Positions 51,885 through 61,050 of a stretch of 64,000 nucleotides of DNA are shown here, piece after piece (the stretch's first letter is position 1; the number at the start of each line of letters is the position of its first letter). The DNA is taken from NCBI GenBank assembly GCA_910584285.1, contig CAJTYK010000002.1:2261-66260 (forward strand), given 5' to 3'. The stretch comes from an uncultured Oscillospiraceae bacterium. GTDB taxonomy: Bacteria > Bacillota > Clostridia > Oscillospirales > Oscillospiraceae. The position numbers and the translations under genes are program-made. Below the pieces are notes generated by a model that saw nothing but the letters and a program-made list of their open reading frames with translations, was not told the origin of the DNA and did no database searches.

Positions 51885-52961
51885 TCAACCCCCCTGGGGC
51901 GTGTACGCCTCGATGCCGGTGCCGTCGAAGGTGGTGCCGTCCGAGTACAGGGCCAGCGCCATGTCCAGCAGGGGGATGGCCGCCACCGCCCCGGTGCCCT
52001 CGCCCAGCCGCATCCCGGCGGTGATCAGGGGCTTTTTGCCCAGGGCGTCCAGGATCAGACGGCCCGCAGGCTCGGCGGACACGTGGCTGGCCAGCATGGC
52101 CTTGCCTGATCCGGGGCACAGCCCCAGGGCGCACAGCGCCGCCACAGTGCTGATGAACCCGTCCATCAGCACCGGCACCCGGCCCGCCGCGCCCCCCAGA
52201 AATATGCCGCACATACCAGCGATGTCGAAGCCCCCCACCTTCGCCAGCACGTCCAGGGGATCCGCCGGATCGGGGCGGTTGACCGCCAGCGCCGTCTCCA
52301 CCGCCCACACCTTCCGGCGCAGGCCCGCGTCGGACAGGCCCGCTCCCCGGCCCGTCAGCTCCCCGGCGGGCCGGCCCAGCAGGGCGCAGGCCACAGCGGA
52401 GCTGGTGGTGGTGTTGCCGATACCCATCTCCCCGGTGGCCAGCAGGCCCACGCCCTGGCTGTGCAGCTCCAGGGCCAGCTCCGCCCCGGTGAGGACGGCC
52501 CGCTCCACCTGCTCCCGGCTCATGGCGGGGCCCTGGGTGATGTCCCCGGTGCCGTTCCCCATACGGCGATCCAGCACGCCGGGGATCTGGCCGGGATCCT
52601 TCATCCCCATGTCCACGGGCACCACCCGGCAGTTGGCCACCGCCGCCATCTTGCACACAGAGGAGCGCTTGGCCCCCGCGTTCCGGGCGATGGCCGCCGT
52701 GACGGTGTGGTCGCTCTGGGCCACCCCCTGGGCCAGCACGCCGTTGTCGGCGCACAGCAGCAGCAGGGCCCGGTTGGACAGGTCGATGTTGTGGTTCAGG
52801 GTGAGGGCGGCGATATCCTCCACCGCCGTCTCCAGCAGGCCCAGGCTGTCCAGAGGCTTGGCGATGGACGCCCACTGGCGGTGGGCCGCCTGTCGGGCCG
52901 CCTCCTCCCGGGGGTCGGGCCGGATGGCGTCCAAAAGCGCCTGAATTGTCTCAAATCTCAT
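51885..52961 (-). CDS. cobT: nicotinate-nucleotide--dimethylbenzimidazole phosphoribosyltransferase
   Basis: ATG 52961. GEMGIGNTT motif. The ORF-track start is 53003. Confidence 0.9.
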   Translation of the reverse strand: MRFETIQALLDAIRPDPREEAARQAAHRQWASIAKPLDSLGLLETAVEDIAALTLNHNIDLSNRALLLLCADNGVLAQGVAQSDHTVTAAIARNAGAKRSSVCKMAAVANCRVVPVDMGMKDPGQIPGVLDRRMGNGTGDITQGPAMSREQVERAVLTGAELALELHSQGVGLLATGEMGIGNTTTSSAVACALLGRPAGELTGRGAGLSDAGLRRKVWAVETALAVNRPDPADPLDVLAKVGGFDIAGMCGIFLGGAAGRVPVLMDGFISTVAALCALGLCPGSGKAMLASHVSAEPAGRLILDALGKKPLITAGMRLGEGTGAVAAIPLLDMALALYSDGTTFDGTGIEAYTPQGG

Positions 52962-54318
52962 GGGTGATCCGCTCCTCTCGGTATTGCTCCGCCCCCCGGA
53001 CAAACCGCTCCGCCAGCTCTGGGCGGCCCGCGAAATACAGGTGGGGGAAGGCGGCGTATAGCCGCCCGCTCACAAAGCCGCACCGCCAGCTCCGGCCTGT
53101 CAGGGGCTTGACCGCGGTGAGGCCGTCCCCGTTGTCCGTGGAGTCCCAGTAATGGAACTCGTGGACGGGGACTTCTTCCCCCGCCTGGAACAGCAGGCTG
53201 TCCGACGCCGCCCGCAGCTGGGAATAGCCGAACCGCACCAGCCGTTGCTTCCGCACTCCGTCCCCGGGCAGGGCCCCGGCCATGGGGTAACTTACCCCGT
53301 CCATCCCTTCCAGCGCTTGGCCCAGGTACAGAAAGCCGCCGCACTCCGCCACGGTGGGCATACCCCGCTCCACCGCCCCCCGGATACTGTCCCGCATGGG
53401 GGCGTTGTCCGCCAGCGCCCCGGCGTACAGCTCCGGATAGCCCCCGGGCAGGTACAGCCCGCAGGCCCGCTCCGGCAGCGCCTTATCGTGGAGGGGGCTG
53501 AAAAACAGCAGCTCCGCTCCCGCGTCCCGCAGGGCATCCAGCGTCTCGGCGTAGGTGAAGCAGAACGCCTCGTCCTGGGCCACGGCGATGGGGATGCCGC
53601 CCCGATTGAGGCGCGGGGGAGGGGCCGTCCAGCCCTCCCGCCGGTCAAACAGGGCAAAGAGCCTGTCCCAGTCCATGCCCTTGTCCAGCGCCTCCGCCAC
53701 CCGGTGGAGGCGGGCGGTGAGATCCTCGATCTCCCCGGCGGTGCGCAGGCCCAGGTGGCGGCTTTCCAAGACCGCGTCCTCCACATGGGGCAGGCAGCCC
53801 AGCACGGGCAGGCCCGTCTCCCGCTCCAGCATGGGGGTCAGGCTGCCGGCCAGCATGGGGGAGCAGTCGTTGAGGAAAATGCCCGCGATATGGCTGGGGC
53901 GGCGGAAGTCCAGCAGCCCCTTGATCTGGGCCGCCAGGGTCAGGCTGGCCCCCTTTGGCCGCACCGCCAGCAGGACAGGGAGATCCAGCGTGTCCGCCCC
54001 GTGCCACGCGCTGGCCCGGTGGGTGGAGCCGCCCAGGCCGTCGTAGAAGCCCATGGCTCCCTCCACCACCACCGAGCCGTGGGCAGCGGCGCAGCGGCGG
54101 TACAGCCGGCGCACCACGTCCTCCCCCGCCAGGAACAGATCCAGGTTGTGGCTGTCCACCCCCAGAGCCGCCCGGTGGAACATGGGGTCGATGTAGTCCG
54201 GGCCGCACTTGAAGGCGCAGGGGTTCAACCCCCGCTCCTTCAGCGCCGCCAGCAAGGCGCAGGTCAGCACCGTCTTGCCGCTCCCCGAGGCGGGGGCGGA
54301 GATCATCAGCTCAACCAT
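52951..54318 (-). CDS. cbiA: cobyrinate a,c-diamide synthase
   Basis: 455 aa. SGSGKT P-loop, CGPDYIDP, and a C-terminal GATase block with ECGG. Confidence 0.9.
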   Translation of the reverse strand: MVELMISAPASGSGKTVLTCALLAALKERGLNPCAFKCGPDYIDPMFHRAALGVDSHNLDLFLAGEDVVRRLYRRCAAAHGSVVVEGAMGFYDGLGGSTHRASAWHGADTLDLPVLLAVRPKGASLTLAAQIKGLLDFRRPSHIAGIFLNDCSPMLAGSLTPMLERETGLPVLGCLPHVEDAVLESRHLGLRTAGEIEDLTARLHRVAEALDKGMDWDRLFALFDRREGWTAPPPRLNRGGIPIAVAQDEAFCFTYAETLDALRDAGAELLFFSPLHDKALPERACGLYLPGGYPELYAGALADNAPMRDSIRGAVERGMPTVAECGGFLYLGQALEGMDGVSYPMAGALPGDGVRKQRLVRFGYSQLRAASDSLLFQAGEEVPVHEFHYWDSTDNGDGLTAVKPLTGRSWRCGFVSGRLYAAFPHLYFAGRPELAERFVRGAEQYREERITHEI

Positions 54319-55510
54319 GGCAGTTCCCCGCGATGAGGAAGGTGGGATTGTTGGCCATGAGCAGATGGAGCCTGCCCGCCGGCTTGGTGCGGCTGACGGC
54401 GATCTGGGTGACCTGCGCCTCCAGCCCCCGGGCGGTCAGGGCCGCGGCGGCGGCGGACAGGGTTTCCAACGCGATGGCGGACACGCAGATCCGGGCATTG
54501 GGGTTTTTGTCCAGCGCCGCCCCCACAATGGCGTCCAGCTCCCCCTTGGTGCCGCCCAGGAACACTCCGTCCGGGGCGGGTAGATCCGCCAGCACCTGGG
54601 GAGCGCGACCCTCTACCAGCTGTAGATTCCAGGCAGAAAATTTCTGTTTGTTTTCACGAATGAGGGCGCAAGCGTCCTGTTCACACTCCACGGCGAACAC
54701 CCGCCCCTGGGGCGCGGCCAGGGCCAGCTCCACGCTGACGCTGCCTGTGCCCGCCCCCACATCCCACAGGGTATCCGTGGGGCGGACGGCCAGCTTGGCC
54801 AGGGCGGCGGAGCGCACCTCCTGCTTGGTCATGGGCACATCCCCCCGGATGAATTCCCCGTCCGGGATGCCGGGACAGCGGGGCCCGTACCGGGGGGCGG
54901 CCTCCGCCAGCAGCACAGACAGGGAGGGGAACCCCCGCCCCGCCAGCTCCGCCGCGGTGCCGAAGGTGACGCGCTCCTCGGGCGCGGACAGGTTCTCCCC
55001 CACGGTGACGGCCAGCGCCCCCAGCCCCGCCTGGGTCAGCCGGCGGCAGATCTCCCCCGGCCCCAACGCCCCGCCGGTGAGGAAAAAGGCGGGCCGTCCG
55101 GCGGACACCGCCGCCACCGGGTCGCAGTCCGTGCCGTGGGCGGACACCAGATTCCAGTCCTGCCAGGGCCGGCCCAGCCGGGCGGACAGCAGCTGCACGC
55201 TGGACACACCCGGCAGCACCCGGGCGGGGATCTGCCGCTCCTCCAGCAGGGGCAGCAGCCCCCGGGCCCCGGAGTAGAACCCGGCGTCCCCGCTGTATAC
55301 CACCGCGCAGTCGCAGCTCTGGCGCAGGATGCCGTCCAGCAGCTCCTGGGGCTTTACGGCGGCGATCCGGTGGTCTGTGCACCCCTGGGGCAGGTGCTCC
55401 AGCAGCCGCTGGGCCCCAAGAATGCACCCGGCGCTTTTCAGGGCGGCGGCGCACTCCGCCGTCATAGTGTTCTCCCAGCCCCCGCCCAGCGAGGCCAACG
55501 TCACCCGCAT
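54311..55510 (-). CDS. cbiET: fused cobalt-precorrin-7 (C5)-methyltransferase / cobalt-precorrin-6B (C15)-methyltransferase, decarboxylating
   Basis: N-terminal tetrapyrrole methylase half plus a C-terminal SAM-MTase half (DVGAGTGSVSVE). ATG 55510 follows GGGAG. The ORF track starts at 55528. Confidence 0.85.
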   Translation of the reverse strand: MRVTLASLGGGWENTMTAECAAALKSAGCILGAQRLLEHLPQGCTDHRIAAVKPQELLDGILRQSCDCAVVYSGDAGFYSGARGLLPLLEERQIPARVLPGVSSVQLLSARLGRPWQDWNLVSAHGTDCDPVAAVSAGRPAFFLTGGALGPGEICRRLTQAGLGALAVTVGENLSAPEERVTFGTAAELAGRGFPSLSVLLAEAAPRYGPRCPGIPDGEFIRGDVPMTKQEVRSAALAKLAVRPTDTLWDVGAGTGSVSVELALAAPQGRVFAVECEQDACALIRENKQKFSAWNLQLVEGRAPQVLADLPAPDGVFLGGTKGELDAIVGAALDKNPNARICVSAIALETLSAAAAALTARGLEAQVTQIAVSRTKPAGRLHLLMANNPTFLIAGNCHG

Positions 55511-56244
55511 CCCATCATCTCCCTGCATCGTTGTAGTACGTCCTCATAGCTCAGCCCGTCCTCCTGGGGACGGCGGATCAGGATCAGCTTTGCCCCCGCG
55601 GCCCGGGCCGCCAGCGCCTTCTCCTCAAAGCCCCCGGCCTTTCCCCCGTCCTTGGTCACCAGGTACGCGATGTGGTACTGCCGGATCAGGGCCTCGTTCA
55701 GCTCCCGGGAAAAGGGGCCCTGGAGGGCCAGAATGTGGCTGCTGGGCACACCGGCGGCGGCGCAGGCCGCAAGGCTGGCGGCCAAGGGCAGCACCCGGGG
55801 ATACAGCCGCTCCCCGCCCAGGGGGGCGAACAGGGCCAGCTCCTTGGCCCCGGTGGTGAGCAGGATGTTTCCCTGGGTGGTTTGCAGCCACCGGGCCGCG
55901 TCGGAAGCGGAGGCGAACACCTCCGCCCCCGCCGGGACGGGGCACGCCGCCCGGAGAAGCCGCAAAAGGGGCGTGCCCGTCTCCGCGCAGGCGGCCCGGA
56001 TGGTTTCGCTGGCCTGGACGGCGTAGGGGTGGGTGGCGTCCACGCACAGATCCGCCCCCGCCGCCGTCCGGGCCATCTCCCCCTCGTCCATCCGGCCGGT
56101 CAGCACCGTGACGCCTGGGGCCTCCCCCTGCTCCTCCCGGCCGTACTGCGTGGCCACGCACACCGTCACCCCGGCGCCCAGCTCCGCCAGGGCCCGGGAC
56201 AGCCGCCGCCCCTCGGTGGTGCCGCTAAATAGTACGACGTTCAT
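55501..56244 (-). CDS. cbiJ: cobalt-precorrin-6A reductase
   Basis: ATG 56244 overlaps the cbiH stop (ATGA). 247 aa. GTTEGR N-terminus and a VTKDGG block. Confidence 0.85.
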   Translation of the reverse strand: MNVVLFSGTTEGRRLSRALAELGAGVTVCVATQYGREEQGEAPGVTVLTGRMDEGEMARTAAGADLCVDATHPYAVQASETIRAACAETGTPLLRLLRAACPVPAGAEVFASASDAARWLQTTQGNILLTTGAKELALFAPLGGERLYPRVLPLAASLAACAAAGVPSSHILALQGPFSRELNEALIRQYHIAYLVTKDGGKAGGFEEKALAARAAGAKLILIRRPQEDGLSYEDVLQRCREMMGCG

Positions 56245-56987
56245 AGGCCCTGTTTCTTTTCGTAGCCCCGGGGGGTGATCATCCGGCCGCCCTCTGCCAG
56301 CGTGGTGGATGAGCCGATGAATACGGTGGAGAACATATCCAATTGGGTGTCCCGCAGCTCGCCCAGGGGAAGCACGCGGGCCTCCTCGCCCTCCCGGCCG
56401 GTGTTGCGGACGTAGCCGCACACGGTTTCCGGGCTGACGCCCGCGCTGAGCAGGATGTCACACGCCCGTTGCAGATAGTCCGGGCGCTTGTGGGAGGCGG
56501 GGTTGTAGATCACCATGGAGAAGTCCCCCGCCGCCGCGCAGCGCAGGCGGTTCTCAATGGCCTCCCAGGGGGTGAGCAGGTCGGACAGGGAGATGACGCA
56601 GAAATCGTGGCCGATGGGGGCCCCCAGCAGGGCCGCCCCAGACAGGGCGGAGGTCACCCCGGGCACCACCTCCACCTCCACGTCCGGCCACTGGGGGGCA
56701 AGCTGGAAGACGGGCCCCGCCATGCCGTACACACCCGCGTCCCCGCTGCACACCAGGGCCACGGTTTTGCCGCTGTCCGCCGTCTCCAGCGCCCAGCGGC
56801 AGCGGTCGATCTCCTTGGTCATGGGGGTGGTGTAGCTGTCCTTGTCCGGGTACAGACCCTTCACCAGCTCCACGTACACCGTGTAGCCGCACAGCACCTG
56901 GGCGTCCTCCAGCGCCGCCCGGGCCTGGGCGGTGAAATACTTCTGATCGCCGGGGCCCAGCCCCACCACGTACAGCCGCTTTGCCAT
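56241..56987 (-). CDS. cbiH: cobalt-precorrin-3B C17-methyltransferase
   Basis: 248 aa. VVGLGPGD and SGDAGVYGMA motifs. Confidence 0.9.
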   Translation of the reverse strand: MAKRLYVVGLGPGDQKYFTAQARAALEDAQVLCGYTVYVELVKGLYPDKDSYTTPMTKEIDRCRWALETADSGKTVALVCSGDAGVYGMAGPVFQLAPQWPDVEVEVVPGVTSALSGAALLGAPIGHDFCVISLSDLLTPWEAIENRLRCAAAGDFSMVIYNPASHKRPDYLQRACDILLSAGVSPETVCGYVRNTGREGEEARVLPLGELRDTQLDMFSTVFIGSSTTLAEGGRMITPRGYEKKQGL

Positions 56988-56991
56988 GGCC

Positions 56992-57768
56992 TTACCCTCC
57001 CTGGGCGGGGGAATCCGTCCCCTGCCGGAACTCGGTGGTGAAGGCGGGGTCGTAGAGCTTGCTGCGCTCGTAGCTCTGCCCCAAAAAGCCCCCCACCAGG
57101 ATGATGGCGGTTTTCCAGATGCCCGCCGCGTTCCCGGCCTGAGCCAGAGTGCCCACGGTGCACCGGACGATCTGCTCCTCCGGCCAGGTGGCCTTGTAGA
57201 CGATGGCGGCGGGGGTATCGGCGGTGTACGCCCCGCCCGCCAGCAGCGCCGCCTGCACCTGCTCCTGCATCCCGGCGGACAGGAAGATGGCCATGGATGC
57301 CCCGTGGGAGGCCAGCTTCTCCAACGTCTCCCCCTCGGGCACCGGGGTGCGGCCCGCCATGCGGGTGATGATCACGCTCTGGCTCACCCCGGGCAGGGTG
57401 TACTCCGCCCCCAGGGCCGCCGCCGCCCCGCAGAAGCTGGACACCCCCGGCGTGTCATCCCAGGGTATGTTCAGCTTGTCCAGCTCGTCCATCTGCTCCC
57501 GGATGGCCCCGTACAGGCAGGGGTCGCCGGTGTGCAGCCGCACCAGCTCCAGGCCGCGGGCGTCGGCCTCCTTCATCACGTCCAGCACCTGCTCCAGCGT
57601 CATTTCTGCGCTGTTGTAGATCCGACAGCCCTCCTTGGCCAACCCCAGCAGGGCGGGGTTTACCAGGCTCCCGGCGTAAATGATCACGTCCGTCCCCTTC
57701 AGCAGCTCCGCCCCCCGCAGGGTGATGAGGTCGGCCCCGCCGGGGCCCGCGCCTACAAAATGTACCAT
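56992..57768 (-). CDS. cbiF: cobalt-precorrin-4 C11-methyltransferase
   Basis: 258 aa. FVGAGPGGADLITLRG and RLHTGDPCLYGA motifs. Confidence 0.9.
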   Translation of the reverse strand: MVHFVGAGPGGADLITLRGAELLKGTDVIIYAGSLVNPALLGLAKEGCRIYNSAEMTLEQVLDVMKEADARGLELVRLHTGDPCLYGAIREQMDELDKLNIPWDDTPGVSSFCGAAAALGAEYTLPGVSQSVIITRMAGRTPVPEGETLEKLASHGASMAIFLSAGMQEQVQAALLAGGAYTADTPAAIVYKATWPEEQIVRCTVGTLAQAGNAAGIWKTAIILVGGFLGQSYERSKLYDPAFTTEFRQGTDSPAQGG

Positions 57769-57769
57769 G

Positions 57770-58471
57770 CTATTGCTCCTCCTTTACGAGGACGGTGGCA
57801 AAATAGCCCACGTCCCCGGGAATCTGTTCCAGCTCCGTCCACACTCGCTCGGTGGGCAGGCCGCAGTCCTCCACCAGCGCCGCCCGGGAGAGCTGGCCGG
57901 TGGTTTTCAGCGCCTCCACGATCTCGGGCAGGCCCCGGCCCGCCTTCATCAGCACCTTGCCCCCGGGCTGCTCCACCAGCGGGGCCACCGGCCCCTTGCC
58001 CACCGGGATGATATGCAGGGGAGAGCCCCAGCGCACCAGGGTGGCGCCCAGTCGGGCCGCCGCCGCGCAGAAGCTGGGCACGCCGGGGATCATCACCGTC
58101 TCATAGCCCCGGCGGTTCAGCAGCTCCATCAGATATCCCCAGGTGGCGTAGATGGAGACATCGCCCAGGTTGGGCATGGCCACGTCCTCCCCCCGATCCA
58201 GATGGGCCTGGATGGCGTCCGCCGCCGCCTGGTGGGAGGCCTGGAGCACCGCCGGATCTTGGGACATGGTGAAGGTCAGGGGCAGGATGGTTTTATCCGT
58301 CAGATCCACCGCCCCCCGGGCGATGTCCAGGGCCAGCATCTCACCGCTCCTGGTCTGGGGGGCGGCGATGACGGGGCACCGCTCCAGAGTATGGACCGCC
58401 TTCAGAGTGATCAGCTCCGGGTCGCCGGGGCCCACCCCCACGCCATAGCATACGCCGCGCTTCACTTCCAT
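57770..58471 (-). CDS. cbiL: cobalt-precorrin-2 C20-methyltransferase
   Basis: 233 aa. GVGVGPGDPELITLKA motif. Confidence 0.9.
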   Translation of the reverse strand: MEVKRGVCYGVGVGPGDPELITLKAVHTLERCPVIAAPQTRSGEMLALDIARGAVDLTDKTILPLTFTMSQDPAVLQASHQAAADAIQAHLDRGEDVAMPNLGDVSIYATWGYLMELLNRRGYETVMIPGVPSFCAAAARLGATLVRWGSPLHIIPVGKGPVAPLVEQPGGKVLMKAGRGLPEIVEALKTTGQLSRAALVEDCGLPTERVWTELEQIPGDVGYFATVLVKEEQ

Positions 58472-59607
58472 CCCTCCAAAATCTCATTTGCTTTATCCGT
58501 CTGGCCCAGGGGGCCGTATACGTTGGAAAAGATCACCGCGCCCACGGCATAGGCCCCCGCCGCCCGCCGCTCCAGGTGGAGCTGGATGGCGGCCAGCAAG
58601 CTGTCCAGCACCGCCCGCCGCAGCCCGTCAGTGTCCAGCAGCTCCAGGCAGGCGTCGGTGGTAGCGGCGTCCATCAGCCTCCGGCACAATTCCACATCGG
58701 CCCCGCACAGGGCCGCGTGGGCGCAGAACAACTCCGTCCGGCAGTCGGCGTATTTGGAGTGGGTGTTCATGATCCCACCCGCTGCCTTCACCAGCTTGCC
58801 GATGTGGCCCGCCACCAGCACCCGCTGGAACCCTGACCCCGCGGCGATGTCCAGCGCGTCCCCTAAAAAGTTGGAGTACTTCACCACCGGCACGCCCAGG
58901 CCGTCCAGCCCGGTGCTTTTGAGAAAATCCTCCCCATAGTTGCCGGGGGTGAGGATCAGCTCCGTAGAGCTCACCGCCGCCTGCCGCAGCTGGAGGGCGA
59001 TGGTGTCCACAATGGCCTGCTCGCTCATGGGCTCCACAATGCCGGAGGTGCCCAGGATGGACAGGCCGCCCACCACCCCCAGCACCGGGTTGAAGGTCTT
59101 GGCCGCCCGCGACCCCCCGCCGGGGATGGAGATGGTGACATCCATGCCGTCGGCGCAGTCCAGCTGGGCGCACGCGGCCTGCACCTGCTCCTCGATCATC
59201 CGCCGGGGCACCCGGTTGATAGCGGCGGCCCCTACGGGCTGATCCAGGCCGGGCTTGGTCACCCGGCCCACCCCCTCGCCGCCGTCGATCCGCACTCCGG
59301 GCTGGGAAACGCGGGTCACCTCCGCCCAGATCAGCATCCCGTCCGTCACGTCGTAGTCGTCCCCGGCGTCCTTGCGCACGGCGCACCGGGCCCGCCGCCC
59401 AGGCTCCAAAAGTTCTACCCCCGCCGGGGGGACGGCCACCTCCAGCCCCTTGGGTGTGGTGAGGGAGAGGGCCTCCGGAGCCTCCCCCGTCAGCAGCAGC
59501 CGGACCGCTCCCGCCGCCGCCAGCGCCGCACAGGTGCCCGTGGTATAGCCGCAGCGCAGCATGGACTGCCCACTGCGCACATAGTGCGTGAACCCGCCAC
59601 CCTCCAC
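58462..59607 (-). CDS. cbiD: cobalt-precorrin-5B (C1)-methyltransferase
   Basis: 381 aa. LRCGYTTGTCAAAAA N-terminal block. GTG start follows GGAAGGAGG. Confidence 0.9.
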   Translation of the reverse strand: MEGGGFTHYVRSGQSMLRCGYTTGTCAALAAAGAVRLLLTGEAPEALSLTTPKGLEVAVPPAGVELLEPGRRARCAVRKDAGDDYDVTDGMLIWAEVTRVSQPGVRIDGGEGVGRVTKPGLDQPVGAAAINRVPRRMIEEQVQAACAQLDCADGMDVTISIPGGGSRAAKTFNPVLGVVGGLSILGTSGIVEPMSEQAIVDTIALQLRQAAVSSTELILTPGNYGEDFLKSTGLDGLGVPVVKYSNFLGDALDIAAGSGFQRVLVAGHIGKLVKAAGGIMNTHSKYADCRTELFCAHAALCGADVELCRRLMDAATTDACLELLDTDGLRRAVLDSLLAAIQLHLERRAAGAYAVGAVIFSNVYGPLGQTDKANEILEGWK

Positions 59608-59627
59608 GGCAGCCGCCTCCTTCCATG

Positions 59628-59845
59628 AAAAAAGCGCCCCTGCTTCACCAGGGGCGCGTACTAACCCCGCCCAGGAGGGCGGGACGAACCGCTTGCTGTG
59701 CTTCCGGTTTCGGCAGAAAAGCTCCAGACCGCCATGTATCTGACTTATCCCTTCAGGGAGGGCATCACAGTGACCGACTCGCGGGGACTCTCACCCCATT
59801 CCATGCGCCGCCGACGCGGCCGCGGCTGGTATCCTATTGAGTTGG
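59628..59845 (-). promoter_or_regulatory. cobalamin riboswitch 2 (aptamer about 59700-59845, terminator 59628-59657)
   Basis: Minus strand reads GGTGAGAGTCCCCGCGAGTCGGTCACTGTGATGCC...GGGATAAGTCAGATACATGGCGG. The terminator GCGCCCCTG GTGAAG CAGGGGCGC plus TTTTTT sits directly before the cbiD SD. Confidence 0.85.
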
Positions 59846-59849
59846 CCAT

Positions 59850-59878
59850 ATTGTATCATAATTGCAGGCCGCTGTAAA
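59850..59878 (-). promoter_or_regulatory. promoter of riboswitch 2 / cbi operon
   Basis: Minus strand: TTTACA (59878-59873), 17 nt, TACAAT (59855-59850). Confidence 0.55.
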
Positions 59879-59933
59879 GATCGTTTGTGGAACTTCCCGC
59901 TGGCCCGGGGGCGGGGGCGGCATAGAATTGTGA

Positions 59934-60410
59934 TCAGGCCCCCAGGTCGGGGCGCTCCCCAGGCGGCGGGCTGCTCCAGCGCCTCCCCCAGGCCGTGGCC
60001 CAGCGCTCACAGTACAGCGCATCGTAGGGGAGCCCCCGCCTGCTCCGCCAGCCGGCAAAACAATGGCACCAGATGAGGCTGGGCAGCGCCACCACAGGCC
60101 AGTACAGTGGGCCCAGCAGCAGACACTGGATGGTGTGCCCATATTCATGGGCCCAGAGGGCGGGATGCTCGTCCGCGTTGGGGACGCTGAGGAACAGGAA
60201 GATGCCCAGGGACAGGCCCCCCCGGTTCCCCGGCAGGAGGGTCACAATGCCGTTGTGGAACCGACGGACAGGACAGCGGCCCCGGCAGCACAGGAACACC
60301 GCCAAGCCCACCAGGTTCACCGGCAGCCCCCAGGTGAATTGGATCAGGTAAAAGAGAGCCCTGGACCAGCCGGCGGCGGCCCGGCCGGCAGCGCATTCGA
60401 TTTTTTGCAT
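59934..60410 (-). CDS. hypothetical membrane protein with an HExxH motif
   Basis: ATG 60410 gives 158 aa with several hydrophobic segments and WAHEYGHTIQ. The ORF-track start is 60476. Confidence 0.55.
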   Translation of the reverse strand: MQKIECAAGRAAAGWSRALFYLIQFTWGLPVNLVGLAVFLCCRGRCPVRRFHNGIVTLLPGNRGGLSLGIFLFLSVPNADEHPALWAHEYGHTIQCLLLGPLYWPVVALPSLIWCHCFAGWRSRRGLPYDALYCERWATAWGRRWSSPPPGERPDLGA

Positions 60411-60514
60411 AACAAAAGCCACCCCCATCCCCATACTATTTTGTCGATTATACCATCTGTGCCCGGGTCTGTCCACCAGGCACCCTTATGGAAAGAAAGA
60501 ATCCGCATATTCTC

Positions 60515-60543
60515 TTGCTTTTTTGGTTATTACCATATATAAT
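60515..60543 (+). promoter_or_regulatory. sigma-A type promoter
   Basis: TTGCTT (60515-60520), 17 nt, TATAAT (60538-60543). Confidence 0.55.
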
Positions 60544-60589
60544 GGGGTAGAAACTTGACCCGGCAAATTATAAAACAGGGGTGAATCTC

Positions 60590-60937
60590 ATGGATAAGGA
60601 AAAAACCATTGCCACGGCCGCTGAGCCCGAGGCCACACAGGAGCCCGTCAAGAAGCCTACGGCAGCGGAGAAAAAGCCCGCCGCGGAAAAGAAGCCCGCC
60701 GCTGCGAAGGCCCGTAAGGAGCGCAAGCCCAAGGAGGACAGCCTTAAGCCCGTGGTCGTCCTACAGTTCCAGGGCACCGAGGTGGATCTGGACACGCTGG
60801 TGGAGGCGGCCAGAGCCGACTTCCGGCAGGCCAAGAAGCGCACGCCCATCACCGAGCTGAAGCTGTACGTCAAGCCGGAGGAGCGCATGGCCTACTATGT
60901 GGTAAACGAAAAGCATAACGGGAGCATCGCTTACTAA
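60590..60937 (+). CDS. hypothetical protein: Lys/Ala/Pro-rich N-terminus plus a conserved C-terminal domain (possibly DUF6465-like)
   Basis: ATG 60590 lies 7 nt after AGGGGTG. AEKKPA repeats, then VVLQFQG.EVDL...LYVKPEE..AYYVVN. The family name is from memory only. Confidence 0.6.
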   Translation: MDKEKTIATAAEPEATQEPVKKPTAAEKKPAAEKKPAAAKARKERKPKEDSLKPVVVLQFQGTEVDLDTLVEAARADFRQAKKRTPITELKLYVKPEERMAYYVVNEKHNGSIAY

Positions 60938-60953
60938 CCTATCCACGCCTTTC

Positions 60954-60997
60954 AAAATAAGCGGAGACGCTGCTAACAGCGTCTCCGCTTATTTTTT
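60954..60997. terminator. bidirectional intrinsic terminator
   Basis: AATAAGCGGAGACGCTG (60956-60972) pairs with CAGCGTCTCCGCTTATT (60977-60993), a 17-bp perfect stem. An A-run precedes it and a T-run follows. Confidence 0.85.
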
Positions 60998-61050
60998 CAT
61001 GGGTCAAAGCACAGGCCGCTTCCCGCGGAGCTTGCGCCGGGGCACCGCCC

